This document shows positions 62,901 to 64,000 of a stretch of DNA of 64,000 bases, piece by piece; within the stretch, counting starts at the first letter, position 1; the number at the start of each line of letters is the position of its first letter. Below the pieces are notes generated by a model. That model was not told where the DNA came from. It searched no databases and worked only from the letters and a program-made list of their open reading frames with translations. The DNA comes from the human T2T-CHM13v2.0 reference genome, Homo sapiens. Where the stretch lies: the NCBI RefSeq assembly GCF_009914755.1, contig NC_060943.1; one strand, written 5' to 3'. A program made the position numbers and the translations under genes.

Positions 62901-63226
62901 GTTAATTTACTCTTCCACTGTCATTTTCTGATGCAGTAAGAGTCAGCCTTATACTGCAGATGAGGAAAGAGGCTGAGGGAGGTCAAATGAGTGGCCCAGG
63001 GTCATCCAGCCACTTCATAGCAGAGCTAGTGTGCTTCACTGTGGTTTGTGCAGACAGAAAAGTGAGACGTGGAAGGAAGGCAAAACATTTTTGTTGTGGG
63101 TGATGTTTATGAAAGTGACCCATATGAGGCAGAATAATGGCCTCTTAAAAATGTCCACATCCAGGCCGGGTGCAGGGGCACATGCCTGTAATCCTAGCAC
63201 TTTGGGAGGCTGATACGGGTGGATCA

Positions 63227-63466
<240 letters not shown>

Positions 63467-63804
63467 CTAACTCTTGGAACACATGCATTTACTTTTCTTG
63501 GCAAAAACACTGTTCAAAGGTGATGAAGTTGAGTATCTTGAGAAGGAAAGCTTATTCTGACTTATCTGGGTGGCTCCCAGTGTCATCATAAGGGTCCTTG
63601 TAAGTGAAAGAGAAAGGCAGGAGGGTCAGGGTGAGAATGATGCAGCCTGAGAGACTCCACTGGCCATTACTTCCTGTGAACATGTGTGATAAGACAAAAT
63701 TACAACTAATTTAGTTATTGATGTAATTGGCTTTTATTTTTGATTTATGATTTGGGGCAGCTCTCCCTCTACAGATGCTTCAGCATCCCAAGTAGCTGGG
63801 ACTA

Positions 63805-64000
63805 TATTGCGGGATCTGGCCAGCAGCTTGCAATGCAACAGGGCTCTTTCTTTGTTCCCAGGCAGATCGGCAGGTTGAGAAATAAAAGACACACACAAGA
63901 TAGTGAAAACTGGGTCCAGAGGGGTCACTGCCTTCTGGTCCTGCGATGCTACCAATGCACTGGATATACCAGCATTTATTATTAAGTTTAGTGAGAGTGT
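63805..64000 (-). mobile_element. Paralogous MER11D LTR, cut by the window end
   Basis: Same GGACTA|tattgc junction and sequence as 7344-7550. Confidence 0.8.

Overview
Human (primate) genomic DNA from the CEA/PSG gene cluster on 19q13.2. All family genes lie on the minus strand. The window holds one complete pregnancy-specific glycoprotein gene, PSG11 (about 10238-29060). I can splice it by hand from canonical GT/AG sites into a 1008-nt, 335-aa CDS: leader, N (IgV, RGD), A1, B2 and a C-terminus APPGLGTFAFNNPT. Its B1 and A2 exons are present but skipped. Upstream is a 5'-truncated CEACAM pseudogene (frameshifted A exon, intact B exon, GPI-signal-type M exon, about 35270-46790). Further up is an orphan 3' remnant of a third CEA-family unit (about 50260-55380), interrupted by a human-specific L1HS-Ta insertion. 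The last 5 kb repeat the 3' flank of PSG11 (56.5-kb segmental duplication; the next gene is probably PSG2, outside the window). Retroelements include LTR8-family LTRs in homologous introns, a solo LTR13, a collapsed MER11D/HML-7 provirus, MER50, MER66, MST, L1s and Alus. The most interesting signal is a modular set of phase-1 C-terminal mini-exons (secreted versus GPI-type ends) spread over three paralogous 3' tails. The pseudogene tail carries the C-termini and 3' UTR typical of other PSG genes. Repeat family names and paralog comparisons come from recalled consensus/protein sequences, not database searches; repeat boundaries are approximate unless a TSD is given.
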